Part shown: in pieces, positions 9,595-19,018 of the stretch
Layout: each line of letters starts with the position of its first letter
How positions within the stretch are numbered: the first letter of the stretch is position 1
IMG/VR virus record: IMGVR_UViG_2808606779_000004
Span: 688-64,687 of that record
From: a virus
Lineage: Duplodnaviria; Caudoviricetes
DNA length: 64,000 bases
Strand: one strand, 5' to 3'
Notes under the pieces: model-generated
The model's input: the letters and a program-made list of their open reading frames with translations, nothing else
Database searches by the model: none
What the model was told of the DNA's origin: nothing
Position numbers and translations under genes: made by a program

Positions 9595-9951
9595 TCAGCT
9601 CTCGCCGTTACCCTCGGCCGCGGTCCCGTCGCCGTCCTCGTCGTCTTTGTCGGCCTTGTCGTCTTTGTCGGCTGCCGGCTTGTTCACCGTGGCGAGGAAC
9701 GTGCCGAAGAACTCCCAGAACTCCTCCATAGACGGCGCGATCGTGTTCAACCGCTCCCACTGCGCCGGGCCGAGCAGATACTCGATACCGTCCGCGTTGT
9801 TCTTCCGCTGGAATGCCTGATGTGCCCGGGTCGGCCACTTCGCGCGAGACAGCGGGAACGTGAACTTCTGTCCGCGGAACTCGACGGTCGCTTCGTCGGA
9901 GTTCGCCTTCGCGGCGGGGTTTTGCGCTGCGGTGCGTGAGCGAGTTGCCAT
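9595..9951 (-). CDS. Tail assembly chaperone, G-like
   Basis: FRGQKFTFP...KWP...LLGPAQW motif; upstream of TMP. Confidence 0.7.
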   Translation of the reverse strand: MATRSRTAAQNPAAKANSDEATVEFRGQKFTFPLSRAKWPTRAHQAFQRKNNADGIEYLLGPAQWERLNTIAPSMEEFWEFFGTFLATVNKPAADKDDKADKDDEDGDGTAAEGNGES

Positions 9952-9952
9952 G

Positions 9953-10789
9953 TCAACTGGCCTTTCGTGGTTGGGATTCGAGATCGCGGCGGCGTGCCGC
10001 CATCGCCTTGTCGACCGCCGACAGGACCGCCGGCGGGGGTTCAAGGGTTCGGCGCGACGAGCCAGCGCGAACCTCTTCAGTGGCGGCCGACACCGCGGCC
10101 TTGCGCGCCTCGGCGCGCGCCCGGCTGGCCTCCGGGCTGTAGTAGTCCTGCTTGTCCGAAAGTTCCTGCATCTGCGCTTCGTTGGCCCGCTTCTGCGCAA
10201 GCAGCTCGGCGAGTTCCTCGGCGGTCAGCGGCCGGCCAAAGTACGGCTTGCGGGCGATTTGCTCCCAGATCTGCGCCAGCACGACAGCGGTCTTCGTCCA
10301 GGGCTCACTTCCGCCGTTGCGCGCGATCGCCAGCGCCGACGTCGGCTTCGGGCGCCGCACATAAACCCAGATCTGGCGAAGCGTCAGGTCACCGCGCCAC
10401 CGGTCCGCATAGTCGACGTGCCAGAAGTGCCGAAGATCGGACGCGACGTCGTCCTCGTAGTTGTCGAGGCAGTCGAGCAGCATCGGCACCGCGCCGAAGA
10501 TGTGCGCACCGAAGTACTTGTCGGGCAGCGGTTTCGTCTCCGGCAGCCGGGACACTCCGACCGCGGCGGCCATCGCATCGGACAGGGAAACGAGATCCTC
10601 GTAGAGGGGGACCGGGGCGGTCTGCCCGGCGAGCAGTTCCTCGACGGCATCGACGTAACCGCCGGTGCGGATCGCGTCGAGCGGCCAATCTTCCAGCGCC
10701 CGCGGGATAGTCAGCCGGTGGCCACGCCAGACGAACCCGACCTCGGGTTCGCCGAGCGCTTCCAATCGCGCTGCGTCACACGTAGTCAC
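9953..10789 (-). CDS. Tail assembly chaperone, GT-like (G domain in frame with T domain)
   Basis: N-term WRGHRLTIP...DWP...ELLAGQ aligns with the 9595 ORF; C-term DL...W..DY...W...LTLRQIWVYVR...SALA is T-like. Confidence 0.7.
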   Translation of the reverse strand: MTTCDAARLEALGEPEVGFVWRGHRLTIPRALEDWPLDAIRTGGYVDAVEELLAGQTAPVPLYEDLVSLSDAMAAAVGVSRLPETKPLPDKYFGAHIFGAVPMLLDCLDNYEDDVASDLRHFWHVDYADRWRGDLTLRQIWVYVRRPKPTSALAIARNGGSEPWTKTAVVLAQIWEQIARKPYFGRPLTAEELAELLAQKRANEAQMQELSDKQDYYSPEASRARAEARKAAVSAATEEVRAGSSRRTLEPPPAVLSAVDKAMAARRRDLESQPRKAS

Positions 10790-10925
10790 CTGTCGGCATC
10801 GCTCCGGCTTTCGCTTGCTCGCCGTGTCCTCGCCCCGATCGCCAGCGCTCGCGACCGTGCCGTCCTACCTGCAAATGCGACGGTAGAAAATTTGCGCCTG
10901 GTCTGCTGACGAGCTCCAAACGCAA

Positions 10926-10960
10926 ACCGCCCCCGTCGAGTCGAAACTCGCGGGGGCGGT
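10926..10960 (-). terminator. GC-rich hairpin, probable terminator
   Basis: ACCGCCCCCG...CGGGGGCGGT stem followed by TTTGCGTTT on the minus strand. Confidence 0.6.
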
Positions 10961-10992
10961 CCGGGGCGCAACTCCCGGTGCTGCGCGGGTAG

Positions 10993-11208
10993 TCAGGTGC
11001 GGCTGTCGATCACGCGCTGGCGGACGAAACAATCCTTCGCCTCGACCAGCTTTCGCAGTCCAGCGGTGAGCTCAGGGCCGTCCTTCAGTTCAGCGGCCAT
11101 TGTGTGGCCGAGAACCGACAGCGGTCGCGAGATCTCTTGCAGATGCGGCGGAAGGTGCTCGTACTCAAGCAGGCTGAGCAGATGGTCGGTGCCGGGATGC
11201 CGCGCCAT
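10993..11208 (-). CDS. Small conserved phage protein
   Basis: HLPPHLQ...LP.GPELTAGLRKLVEAKDC-type motif; coupled to the upstream gene. Confidence 0.7.
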   Translation of the reverse strand: MARHPGTDHLLSLLEYEHLPPHLQEISRPLSVLGHTMAAELKDGPELTAGLRKLVEAKDCFVRQRVIDSRT

Positions 11209-11588
11209 CAGTTCTCGCCGAGCTTGTCGAGCAACTGCTTCTTCGTGAGCGCCTTCGCTTCGTCCTCGGTGACCTTGCCAGCCTGGACGGCGCGTGCGCG
11301 GAGTTCGGTCAGCGACTCGGCATTCGGCTCGACCGGCGCGGATTCCTCGGCGCCGGCAGGCTTCTCGTCAGCGGCCGGCGCGCTCGGGATGTCGGCGTCG
11401 ACCACCGCGACCGCAGTCACATTGCCGCGCGGCGGCGCAGTGCGTTCCGCGGTGGCCTTGTCGCTCGCCGGATCGAACTCCTTCGCGTCGCCACGCTTGA
11501 CCAGCGCGGCAGCCGACGCGGAATCCAGTTCGAGGACTTCGCCCGGCTGCCGTACCCCAACCGGCTTGATGAGCTTGACCAGCTTCAT
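11208..11588 (-). CDS. Hypothetical virion-region protein
   Basis: 126 aa in the tail operon. Confidence 0.6.
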   Translation of the reverse strand: MKLVKLIKPVGVRQPGEVLELDSASAAALVKRGDAKEFDPASDKATAERTAPPRGNVTAVAVVDADIPSAPAADEKPAGAEESAPVEPNAESLTELRARAVQAGKVTEDEAKALTKKQLLDKLGEN

Positions 11589-11617
11589 ATTCGAGATCTC
11601 CGTTCGTCAGTCGAGGA

Positions 11618-12181
11618 TTACGCGGCGGCGCCGTGCTGCCACTGAAAGAGTTCCCGAGCAGAGTTCGGGAAGATCCGCGCCGACAGCTGACGCGGCGTGC
11701 TGTCGCCCTCGACGTCCTTGTCGTTCGGAATCCACAGGCGCGAAGGCCGCTTCGTGATCTTGCGATCCACGTAGCCGTCCGCCGTGCGCTTCTCGAACGC
11801 GAAGAACAGATGAGCCGGATCGGGCACGTTCAAGGTGGTCTCGGTCGACCCGGGCCACAGAATCGACTGCATCACCGCGTTATCCTCGCGCGCCGACACA
11901 CTCACGGTGGCCTTGAAGTCCTTGGACGCGACCAGGATCGTGCCGTAGCCCCAGCCGGTGATGTCGGTCTCGGACCACTCGCGCTGAGTGTCGATACCGT
12001 CCGCGCCGACCAGAATACCGAGGTAACCCCACTTGACACCGGTCGCGGCGTCCCAGGCCACGGTAGTGTCGAACGGGTCGGTCACTGCGGCTGGAATATC
12101 AGCGGTCGGCAGTGTGGCGCCCTTGTAGACGAAAACGTCGGCCTCGGTGTAAAGCCGGACATTGCTCGGGTTGCCCGCCAT
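11618..12181 (-). CDS. Major tail protein
   Basis: 187 aa, NPSNVRLYTEADV start, W..LG.L...G motif, synteny. Confidence 0.85.
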   Translation of the reverse strand: MAGNPSNVRLYTEADVFVYKGATLPTADIPAAVTDPFDTTVAWDAATGVKWGYLGILVGADGIDTQREWSETDITGWGYGTILVASKDFKATVSVSAREDNAVMQSILWPGSTETTLNVPDPAHLFFAFEKRTADGYVDRKITKRPSRLWIPNDKDVEGDSTPRQLSARIFPNSARELFQWQHGAAA

Positions 12182-12199
12182 GTCGTAACTCCCTGTCGT

Positions 12200-12610
12200 T
12201 CAGGCGATGATCTCGGTTCGGATCACCGCGGTCACGGTCCCGGATGCAACATCCGCCCCGGTTTGCGAGTGCTGCGCCTTTGTTAGTGCTGTCCCGTTTT
12301 TCCGGATTGCTGCTAGTCCTTCAGGCAGGTTAGCGAGGATGTGACCTAAGCACTTGCGAGCTATATCCGAGCTCGTCGGCACATCATCAGACCCGACCGT
12401 GATCCGGATCGTGTGATCGGATTTCACCGGGTAGTCGAACGGTCCGCCGTCGTCGGCGACCAAGACCAGCGGCCGGCCATCGGCCAGCGTCCAGTCCTTC
12501 GGCCACTTGTGCGTCGCGATCCGCGCGACGATGTTCTGATCGGCCAAATACGTGACCAGCGCAGCCTTTACCGCGTCCGCCGGCAAGCCCTGCACACGTG
12601 TCGGACTCAC
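12200..12610 (-). CDS. Tail terminator protein
   Basis: P.V.VADDGGP motif; immediately before the major tail gene. Confidence 0.7.
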   Translation of the reverse strand: MSPTRVQGLPADAVKAALVTYLADQNIVARIATHKWPKDWTLADGRPLVLVADDGGPFDYPVKSDHTIRITVGSDDVPTSSDIARKCLGHILANLPEGLAAIRKNGTALTKAQHSQTGADVASGTVTAVIRTEIIA

Positions 12611-12849
12611 GACAGCGTCAACCCTTGCTCACCGAGCGCCCGCGTCGCGACGCCGTCCACCGCCTGCGCCTCGGCGTCAACCTCGACCGACACCACCTGT
12701 CGATCCGTCACGTACTTGCGTTTCGTCCCACCAGACCGGGCCGCGGTCGGATCCGCGACCGCATCCAACGCCGCTGCCACGCCCGGGTCTTCGCGGAGAA
12801 TCCGGCCAATGTTCTTGCGGTTCGGGATGAATCCCTGCTTGCGTGCCAT
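12607..12849 (-). CDS. Neck protein (HK97 gp10-like)
   Basis: QAVDGVATRALG motif; synteny. Confidence 0.6.
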   Translation of the reverse strand: MARKQGFIPNRKNIGRILREDPGVAAALDAVADPTAARSGGTKRKYVTDRQVVSVEVDAEAQAVDGVATRALGEQGLTLS

Positions 12850-13529
12850 CAGTCACCACCGCCCCGGAACTTCGCCAGGATCACGTCCTGGTCGCGCTGC
12901 TCATGCTGCGAGAACCGCCGCTGGATCCGGGCCACGCACCGCCGGCCGCGGACCGTGATCCAATCGCCATCGCGGACACCGGAACCGAGCCGCAGCACCA
13001 CCGTGAAGTCCGCTTCGTCTACCGTGCCCTCGGCGCCGTACCGCTCGGCCGTGTTGCCCGGGTCGACCCGGATCGCCTCGACCTCGAACGGTGTACCGTC
13101 CGCCAGCCGGTGCCCGTCGTCGTCCTGGCCACCGCGCGGCGTGATCGTGACCAGCTCGGCCACGCTGCCGACCTCTTCCTCACGTGAACAGATCGCGCGC
13201 ACATGATGATCCAGGCCATCGATGAGGGTCCGCTTCAGCCGGGCATCGCCCGACATCTCGAACACCTTGCCGTCGTGGCGGATCGCGTCCTTCGTGGCCA
13301 GTGCGAGCGCGTCCGCGTCGACCTGAAGCGCGCACTTCGCCGAATACACCGCGACCGAGCCGTTCTCAGTGATACCGGTGATCGTGAATTTCGCGCCCGA
13401 CTTCGACACGATACGATCCGCGTACACCGGGCGGCCGGTGCCCGGGTCATAGGTGGGCTGGCCGGCGTCGAGCACCGGATCCCGGAAGATCAGCTCGACA
13501 GTGTCCGCGCCGATGTGCCAGCCAGGCAT
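12849..13529 (-). CDS. Head-closure (stopper) protein, apparently two tandem domains
   Basis: Two ~110-aa halves, each with D..G.P and D.I...G motifs. Confidence 0.6.
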   Translation of the reverse strand: MPGWHIGADTVELIFRDPVLDAGQPTYDPGTGRPVYADRIVSKSGAKFTITGITENGSVAVYSAKCALQVDADALALATKDAIRHDGKVFEMSGDARLKRTLIDGLDHHVRAICSREEEVGSVAELVTITPRGGQDDDGHRLADGTPFEVEAIRVDPGNTAERYGAEGTVDEADFTVVLRLGSGVRDGDWITVRGRRCVARIQRRFSQHEQRDQDVILAKFRGGGD

Positions 13530-13915
13530 CAGTAGTCACCGATAGGGAAGCATCCGCGCGGTGCCGCGGACATGCTGATTCCGAGCCGTTCCCACTGCGC
13601 ATCGGTGATCGTCAGCAGCGTTTCGGGGTTGGCGAACACGCGCTGTTCGTTCGCGTCGTCCGTGAGCACCGTGACGGACTTGTACCCGGCGAACTGGCCG
13701 GGCCGCAGGACCGCGGCGACAGCCTCGAATACGACGAGCTCGACCTCGGGATCGGATTCGTCCAGGGTCAGGCCGGCCGCAGTGAAGCGGCGCCGAATCT
13801 GGTTCGACGCCGCGTTCAGCAGCAGATCAGCGAGTTCGTCCTCTGCGCCGACCAGCGGCCGGAACAGTTGGACGAAACGCTGTTTGGTGACGATCGGCGT
13901 CACGACGCCGGCCAC
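13529..13915 (-). CDS. Head-tail adaptor
   Basis: LLNAASNQIRR...VV.EAVAAVLR pattern; synteny. Confidence 0.7.
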   Translation of the reverse strand: MAGVVTPIVTKQRFVQLFRPLVGAEDELADLLLNAASNQIRRRFTAAGLTLDESDPEVELVVFEAVAAVLRPGQFAGYKSVTVLTDDANEQRVFANPETLLTITDAQWERLGISMSAAPRGCFPIGDY

Positions 13916-13917
13916 CG

Positions 13918-14481
13918 TCAGACCTTGATCGCTTGGAGCTCGTCCTTGGACAGCTCGGCGAGTTCGTCGGCCGGGCGGCCGGTGGCTGTGGCGACGTAAT
14001 CGACCCACTTCTCGTGAGCCGCAGCCTTGGCGGGACGCTTCAGCTCGGCCGCCGGTGGCTGGTCGGCCTGTGCCGCATCGGTGTTGGCGTCAGGATCGCC
14101 AGCGGGCGCCTGGTCGTCGTCACCGGTGGCCGGTGCCGGCTCGGTCTCGGTCTCGTCCTCAACCGCAGGCTCATCGTGCAGTGCCAGGACGCGAGCGACG
14201 GACCGATCTAGCGCGGGCTGAATGTCGTGATGCAGTGGCGCCGCATCGGATTCGTCCGAGCCCGCAGGCAATGGCACCCGCGAGAGGATGTCGGCGAGCT
14301 TGCGATCGACGTCCGCCGAACGGGTCTCGGGGATCGGGGCCGGCGTGAACACGCCTTCATGGTCGCCACGCTCGACCTCAGCCTCCGGCAGATCGACTTC
14401 CTCGCCGAACTGCGAGATCCGATAGCCGCCATCGGTGGTCTTGTGCCGCCAGTGCCGAACTCGGATGGTCCGCTTCGCCAT
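13918..14481 (-). CDS. Hypothetical protein after major capsid
   Basis: 187 aa, acidic linker, C-terminal KWVDY..L.K.EL small helical domain. Confidence 0.6.
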   Translation of the reverse strand: MAKRTIRVRHWRHKTTDGGYRISQFGEEVDLPEAEVERGDHEGVFTPAPIPETRSADVDRKLADILSRVPLPAGSDESDAAPLHHDIQPALDRSVARVLALHDEPAVEDETETEPAPATGDDDQAPAGDPDANTDAAQADQPPAAELKRPAKAAAHEKWVDYVATATGRPADELAELSKDELQAIKV

Positions 14482-14548
14482 GCTTCCTCCGTTGTCGAGA
14501 TGTCGAGCCCGGACCGGCCGCCGACGCGCGGCCGGCCGGGACGACGTC

Positions 14549-15457
14549 TTAGCCTGCGAGACCGGTGATCTTCTTCACGGCGAAGACGTTGGTAACACCC
14601 ATGATCGGCATCACGAACGACTGGACCCAGCTGGTCCGCTTGCCCGGCTCGCGCCAGGTCTCCGTCTGAAGCTGCTTCTCGTAGTCGAGGAAGCCAACCT
14701 GGCCGCGCTGCGCGGCGTAGGCCACGCCCGGGGTAACCCGGTTGGAGCGGAAAGTGGATACACCAGCCTTGTTCAGGATGGTTTCGGCGTTGCCGTCGTA
14801 GGCAACTTCGAGGTTGTACCACTCCTGCGGATTCATGATCCACACGTTGTACTCGATGCCGAGTTCCTCGACGTCGGCCGCAAGCTGCGCGCCGAGCAGG
14901 TCGGCCAGCGGTCGTTCCTGCATCGGAGTCGGGGACGTGCCGCCGGTCTGGATGTTCGACCAGTCGTGACCGGGGATCACCGCGGCGCCCGCGGTGCTGG
15001 CGATGACATCCTCGAGAACTGCGACGGCGCGCTGATTGACCTTGCGGACAATCGTGTTCGCCAGCTGAGTCGTCTGAATATCGAAGTAGACGCGATCGTT
15101 GCGGGTGACCGCTTCGTCGGACACCGGGAACTTGCCGCCCCAGTCTTCGGACCGAGCGACCTTCGGCGCCAGCCGCTCCGACACAACGGTCGGGTACTCG
15201 TCGGTGGGCCCGCGCTGCTCGACGTCGTTCTTCAGGTACAGCTCGTTCGCTGTGACCGCGTCGTAGATGATCGCGCCGGACGTGGTCGACGCGCCCGACT
15301 GGCTGAACAGCTCCGTGGTGATGAACCGCTGAAGCGTCAGATCGGAGATCCGCTTCGTGATCCGGCCCGGAGTCTTCAGTGCCGTATCGACGGTGATCTC
15401 CGGCCCGTTGACCTTGGGAGGTCCCAGCGGGTAAGTCACCGGTGATGCGTATGCCAT
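14549..15457 (-). CDS. Major capsid protein
   Basis: 302 aa, YP...P...G..ITVD..L..P.RI start, follows scaffold and decoration genes. Confidence 0.9.
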   Translation of the reverse strand: MAYASPVTYPLGPPKVNGPEITVDTALKTPGRITKRISDLTLQRFITTELFSQSGASTTSGAIIYDAVTANELYLKNDVEQRGPTDEYPTVVSERLAPKVARSEDWGGKFPVSDEAVTRNDRVYFDIQTTQLANTIVRKVNQRAVAVLEDVIASTAGAAVIPGHDWSNIQTGGTSPTPMQERPLADLLGAQLAADVEELGIEYNVWIMNPQEWYNLEVAYDGNAETILNKAGVSTFRSNRVTPGVAYAAQRGQVGFLDYEKQLQTETWREPGKRTSWVQSFVMPIMGVTNVFAVKKITGLAG

Positions 15458-15471
15458 TGCTGGTTCCTTCC

Positions 15472-15846
15472 TCAGTAGAGCGAAATCTCGGCGTCGGCAC
15501 CGTTGGCCGCCGCGGTGAGTGCGTATCCGAGCTTTGCGCCGGCCGCCGCGACGATCGCGACACCGCCAGCACCGGCCTGAACTTCGTCGCCGGCAGCCAG
15601 CGCAGCGCCGGCCGTCACGCGGACCACGCGCGAATTGCCGCGTGCCACACCGACGATGTCGCCGGACGCAGCGTCGTACTTGGCCACGCCGCAGCTGCGG
15701 TCACCGGCGGCGCATGGCGCAACGGCGATGTTGCCGCCGGTGCGGTTGCCGGAGATCTTCAGGAATCGCTTGCCGGTGACCGCTGCGGTCGCCCGGCCGG
15801 TGATGTCGCGGCCCGGGTCGTAGATGTCGTGCATCTCGTTCGCCAT
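15472..15846 (-). CDS. Capsid decoration/cement protein
   Basis: YDPG.DIT..A...VTGKRF; Ala/Gly-rich; between scaffold and capsid genes. Confidence 0.75.
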   Translation of the reverse strand: MANEMHDIYDPGRDITGRATAAVTGKRFLKISGNRTGGNIAVAPCAAGDRSCGVAKYDAASGDIVGVARGNSRVVRVTAGAALAAGDEVQAGAGGVAIVAAAGAKLGYALTAAANGADAEISLY

Positions 15847-15877
15847 GTTCGTCAGTTCCCTTCGGTGCGATCAGATC

Positions 15878-16390
15878 TCAGTCGTTGGCCTGGCCGCTGG
15901 ACGGTTCGAGCGGGGCCGCATCGAACCAGGCCAGGTCATCCGGTGCGGACATCGACGCGCCCGGGTCCGGGTTCATGCCGTGCCCGACTTCCTGAACGGG
16001 GATAAAGCCGGATGCCATCGCGTCCAGAATCGCGGTGGTCTTGTCGCGGTCGACCTCCATCAGACCGAGGTACTGATCGCGGTCGACAGGCCGGATCTTG
16101 CCGGCACGAATCGCGCCGTCGACCACGCCTTCGTCGTTCTGGCGCTGCATCGACGCGAACGCGGTCGCGCCCTGCTGCGCTGCGGCGACCGTGCTTGCCC
16201 ACTGGTCGCGGTTGACAACAGCCAAGCCGTTCGCGTCGGCGAACGCGGCGAGCTGCTGCGCGTCGGCTTCAGCTGCCGCCGGTGCAGCCGGCCCGGGCAG
16301 AGCCGCTTCCAGCGCGGCGTTGAATGCGTCGTCGTCCAGTTCCGGGTCCAGCCCGTACTTCTCGGCGAGTTGTTCCTTCAGGGTCGCCAT
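15878..16390 (-). CDS. Scaffold protein from a nested in-frame start
   Basis: AGGAAGGAAG purine tract upstream of ATG GCG ACC CTG at 16390. Confidence 0.55.
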   Translation of the reverse strand: MATLKEQLAEKYGLDPELDDDAFNAALEAALPGPAAPAAAEADAQQLAAFADANGLAVVNRDQWASTVAAAQQGATAFASMQRQNDEGVVDGAIRAGKIRPVDRDQYLGLMEVDRDKTTAILDAMASGFIPVQEVGHGMNPDPGASMSAPDDLAWFDAAPLEPSSGQAND

Positions 16391-17194
16391 CTTGGCTTCC
16401 TTCCTCGATCGGTCGTTACGAACCTGGTTCCGGATCACCGGCGCCGGTGCGGTCCGACGTCCGGCGAAGTTGAACACGGTCAAGTCGAACCGATTCTTGA
16501 GCGAATCCGCCTCGTCTGCTGCGGAACTCTCGTCGGCCGGCTCGATGATGGTGTCGGCCAGGCCCGCGGCGACCATTTCGTCGGCGGTGAACCAGGTCTC
16601 GTTCTTCATCAGCTTCAGCCAGTCCTTGACGTCGCCGCCGGCCCGGTCCGCGTAGACCGATGCGATCGATTCGTTGTGACGAATCAGCAGGTCGCGCATC
16701 TCTTTGAAGTCGTCCGCGGTGCCCATCACGACGCCGCGCGCTTCGTGAATCATCATCTCGGCGTACTTCGATGTCTGGATCTCGTCGCCTGCCATAGCGA
16801 TAAAGCTCGCGGCGCTGGCGGCCAAGCCGTCGATCCGGGCAATCACCTTCGCCGGGTGCCGCTTCAGCGCGTTCATGATCGCGATGCCGTCGAACACGAT
16901 GCCGCCCGGGCTGTTGATCCCGACGACGATCTCGTCGGCTTCCAGCGCATTGAGTTCGTTCGCGAAATCGCCTGCCGAGACACCGAACCACGGATCGATT
17001 TCGTCGTAAATCAGAATCTCGGCGGTCTTCTTCCCGCGCGCCTGGTTGATTGAATACCACGGCTTCGCTTCGTCCTTCGGCGCCCGGTGAAGCATCCGCG
17101 CGAGCCGCTGCTCGACATCAGCGTTCGCCGACATCATCGCGAGCGAGTTGCCGAACCGCTGGTAGACCTCTGCTATGTGCGCGTAGACACTCAT
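15878..17194 (-). CDS. ClpP-like (S14) prohead protease fused to scaffold
   Basis: INSPGG.VFDG, GLAASAASFI, MMIHEA motifs; helical C-terminal scaffold. Confidence 0.9.
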   Translation of the reverse strand: MSVYAHIAEVYQRFGNSLAMMSANADVEQRLARMLHRAPKDEAKPWYSINQARGKKTAEILIYDEIDPWFGVSAGDFANELNALEADEIVVGINSPGGIVFDGIAIMNALKRHPAKVIARIDGLAASAASFIAMAGDEIQTSKYAEMMIHEARGVVMGTADDFKEMRDLLIRHNESIASVYADRAGGDVKDWLKLMKNETWFTADEMVAAGLADTIIEPADESSAADEADSLKNRFDLTVFNFAGRRTAPAPVIRNQVRNDRSRKEAKMATLKEQLAEKYGLDPELDDDAFNAALEAALPGPAAPAAAEADAQQLAAFADANGLAVVNRDQWASTVAAAQQGATAFASMQRQNDEGVVDGAIRAGKIRPVDRDQYLGLMEVDRDKTTAILDAMASGFIPVQEVGHGMNPDPGASMSAPDDLAWFDAAPLEPSSGQAND

Positions 17195-18645
17195 CAGAAC
17201 AGCACCCCTTGATCCTTGGTCAGCGTCATCTTCCCGAGATCGCGCTTGCTGCGCTGACGAGCGCTGTTCGCCGGTTCCGGCGCGGGCGGTTCGTTGACCG
17301 GATCCGACTCGGGGACCGGGTCGGCCTGCGGCGCAGCGGGTTCGTAGTTCGGATCGAGCGCCGGCGCGCCGAGCTGCTGCCGGATGAACGCCTTCAGCGC
17401 GTCGTCCGGATCCAGAAGACCGGCCTGGACAAGCAGATTCAGCGCCGCGGCGGTCGCATCCTGTCGCGAGCCGATCTCGTCGCACACCAGCAGCGGCGCG
17501 CCGACGTCGATCGAATAGTTCGAGTCCAACAGGTCTTCGATGACGTGCTGGTTCGTGACGTCGGCGATGTCCTCGGCGATCGACTGGACCGATTGAACGA
17601 ACACGTCGGCCTGGACGCTGGCCAGCGCGTAGCTTCCGCCCCGGTCGAGGTTGAGGAAGTGAGCGAGCCCGGCCAGCGCGATCTGCTTGTCGTGGTACTC
17701 GATCGCCTGTTGCATATCGGGCAAGTTGCCCTGGACGCCGAGGATTTCGAGCTTCGCGCCGAACGGCAGCGCGGCGCCGGCCGACATACCGCCACGGAAC
17801 CGAGTCGCGATCTTCTCGTAGTCCTTGATCCGCTGTTCAGCGTTCGGGCCCTTGGATTCGTCGTCGGCCATCGTGGCGACCGGGACACCGATACCGTTGC
17901 GCCGAGCCGCTGCGGCCTGGATCCGCATCAGCTCGTCTTTCAACAGCCAGTGCTTGTAGCTCGGCCGCAGCAGCGACGTACCGATCCACACTCCCGGCTC
18001 TGGCTCGTTGCGGTAGACCACAAGTCGTGACACGTCGACCCGGCGCGGTTGCAGATTCACGGCACGCCCGGCGCCCATCGGCGGATCCTGCTCGATCCAC
18101 ATCAGCCCGCCGTCCTCGGCGACTGCCCACGATCGGATCGTGAACTGCGGTCGCGGTGCGAGCTTTCGGAGCCTGAACTTCCCGGCGAACGGGCCGCCGG
18201 TGTCGTCGTACCGGTAGACCTGCTCGAACACGGAATGGCCATAGCGCAGGTGTGACAACGAGTCCCGTAGGTGCGACTTCCAGCTGAACCGATCGCGCTG
18301 GCGCGGCTTGGGCTTCGGGTCGCCACCGTTGTCGCCCAGGATCGGCAGGCCGAGATCGTCGGCGATGTGCGCAACGACGCTGTCTTCGGCGCCGTTCGGA
18401 TCGATGCGCCACTGAGTTCGCCGGATCGGAAGGCCGATCGCCGACAGTAGCGACCAGCACCGGGCGTCCTCGCGGGGCATCCGCGAGTAGGTGACCAACG
18501 ACAGCGGCCAGCGCAATTCCGGTACCTGCTCGGTGAGTTCCCACCACCACATGTCGGGGACCGACCCTGGCATCCATGAAGCCGTGTCGGTGGGGGTCGG
18601 GTTGAGGTAGCCCGTTTCTGTGGTGAGCGCCGGTGGCCGCGCCAT
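17194..18645 (-). CDS. Portal protein (DUF935/Mu gp29-like)
   Basis: 483 aa; W..DPNGA, G.S.LRP.YKHW..K motifs; precedes the protease. Confidence 0.9.
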   Translation of the reverse strand: MARPPALTTETGYLNPTPTDTASWMPGSVPDMWWWELTEQVPELRWPLSLVTYSRMPREDARCWSLLSAIGLPIRRTQWRIDPNGAEDSVVAHIADDLGLPILGDNGGDPKPKPRQRDRFSWKSHLRDSLSHLRYGHSVFEQVYRYDDTGGPFAGKFRLRKLAPRPQFTIRSWAVAEDGGLMWIEQDPPMGAGRAVNLQPRRVDVSRLVVYRNEPEPGVWIGTSLLRPSYKHWLLKDELMRIQAAAARRNGIGVPVATMADDESKGPNAEQRIKDYEKIATRFRGGMSAGAALPFGAKLEILGVQGNLPDMQQAIEYHDKQIALAGLAHFLNLDRGGSYALASVQADVFVQSVQSIAEDIADVTNQHVIEDLLDSNYSIDVGAPLLVCDEIGSRQDATAAALNLLVQAGLLDPDDALKAFIRQQLGAPALDPNYEPAAPQADPVPESDPVNEPPAPEPANSARQRSKRDLGKMTLTKDQGVLF

Positions 18646-18739
18646 CCTTGTCCAACCTTCCGACGTGCGAACGTGGTTGGTGGTCAGTGTGGCGTTTTCG
18701 TGGGGTTAGTGCCGGTGAGCTCTGGTTGTAAACGAACAG

Positions 18740-18774
18740 TTGACACTGTGGGCTTGTAAACGTATTATTTACAT
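18740..18774 (+). promoter_or_regulatory. SigA-type promoter TTGACA-N17-TATTAT giving a leaderless transcript, overlapped by inverted repeat TGTAAA-N7-TTTACA
   Basis: -35 at 18740-18745, -10 at 18763-18768, ATG at 18775; TTGTAAACG also repeated at 18726. Confidence 0.85.
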
Positions 18775-19005
18775 ATGCAGATCGAAGACAGCGCCCGCAA
18801 GCACGGCATCACCGAAGCTGCCATGCGCCACGCGGTCGCCAACGCGCTCCGCATCATCGAACAGGAATACGACGGCGAGCTCCGTCAGCTCGTCATCGGT
18901 GCCGACCAGTCGGCGCGCCTGCTCGAAATCGTCGTGGTGACCGACGAACCCGTTCGGATCATCCACGCCGACGTCCTCCGTCCGAAGTTCTACGACTACC
19001 TGTGA
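18775..19005 (+). CDS. RelE/BrnT-fold toxin-like protein
   Basis: SARKHGI......A......IG.D.S.RLLEIVV....IIHA..LR pattern of small actinobacterial type II toxins. Confidence 0.7.
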   Translation: MQIEDSARKHGITEAAMRHAVANALRIIEQEYDGELRQLVIGADQSARLLEIVVVTDEPVRIIHADVLRPKFYDYL

Positions 19006-19018
19006 AGGGGTGATACCT

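Noticed and set aside
10786-10971. Arg-rich 61-aa ORF or possible ncRNA in the gap before the GT-like chaperone
   Set aside because: Composition is typical of spurious frames, and I cannot support a conserved RNA structure beyond the terminator hairpin.
9595-11208. Canonical -1 frameshift between tail chaperone genes
   Set aside because: No overlapping G/T frames or convincing slippery site noticed; the T-like domain is already in frame.
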